A stretch of 63,900 nt of DNA, counting the filler, from Octopus bimaculoides (taxonomy: Eukaryota): assembly GCF_001194135.2 (NCBI RefSeq). It is 8 parts of 6 records of this genome, joined end to end, with 100 filler letters (N's around TTAATTAATTAA, not from the genome) between each part and the next. Parts side by side here need not be neighbours in the genome. Positions count along the whole stretch, not along the records: positions 61,815 to 63,900 come from NC_068984.1; 7 more parts are not named here. One strand, 5' to 3'. This document shows, one piece after another, positions 63,615 through 63,900 of the stretch. Position 1 is the stretch's first letter. The number at the start of each line of letters is the position of its first letter. The notes under the pieces were generated by a model. That model had not been told where the DNA came from. It saw nothing but the letters and a program-made list of their open reading frames with translations, and made no database searches. The position numbers and the translations under genes were made by a program.

Positions 63615-63726
63615 AAAGCTGTGACGAGATTCTGCCCTATATAGTTGAAAACGATATCATTTCTTAGCAATTGCTTAGAATTACGTATCACCTAGGGGCA
63701 TGAATCGAAACATATATGTAGGCTTT
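63615..63726 (+). ncRNA. Type I hammerhead ribozyme candidate (C3G, long stem II)
   Basis: AAAGCT-GTGACGA-GATTC..GAATC-GAA-ACATATATGT-A-GGCTTT. Confidence 0.72.
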
Positions 63727-63857
63727 TGGCATCTGCCGTTTCTGTTAGAGCATTACAATTTATAATTTATTTGTATTGCTTTTCTAAAAATAAAAATTCA
63801 GCATCTTTATATCATACCAATTATTTATACATCCATTATTCTCCATTTTCTTTCTTT

Positions 63858-63900
<43 letters not shown>

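Noticed and set aside
1-63900. CRISPR arrays, rRNA, intact tRNA genes and prokaryotic systems
   Set aside because: There is no repeat-spacer array, the tRNA-like motifs are SINE or repeat heads without a full cloverleaf, and the sequence is spliced eukaryotic DNA.

Overview
AT-rich, gapped eukaryotic scaffold, most likely from an octopus (inferred from SINE and LINE families recognised from memory, not from a search). Seven artificial 100-bp linkers (N44-TTAATTAATTAA-N44) split it into eight blocks. Most sequence is microsatellite or decayed transposon: tRNA-derived CORE-like and Deu/Nin-domain SINEs, Tx1/L1, CR1, RTE and R4/Dong-like LINEs, three Penelope-like (PLE) RT fragments, and Tc1/mariner, hAT, MULE and Helitron pieces. 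Host coding sequence is sparse: two adjacent ceramide glucosyltransferase (UGCG) exons, one GMC-oxidoreductase exon and three unassigned exon candidates. The strongest unannotated signal is a set of seven type I hammerhead-ribozyme folds from several families, in short ORF-less segments resembling PLE pseudo-LTRs. One has a fully canonical core, most have a palindromic stem III suited to dimeric folding, and several carry single core substitutions. Also notable are a CR1-type LINE whose 3' UTR matches the tail of the most abundant SINE, a head-to-tail Tx1 array, an ORF1-only (HAL1-like) candidate and an inverted-plus-tandem repeat with Pol III boxes. All folds and alignments were done by eye.
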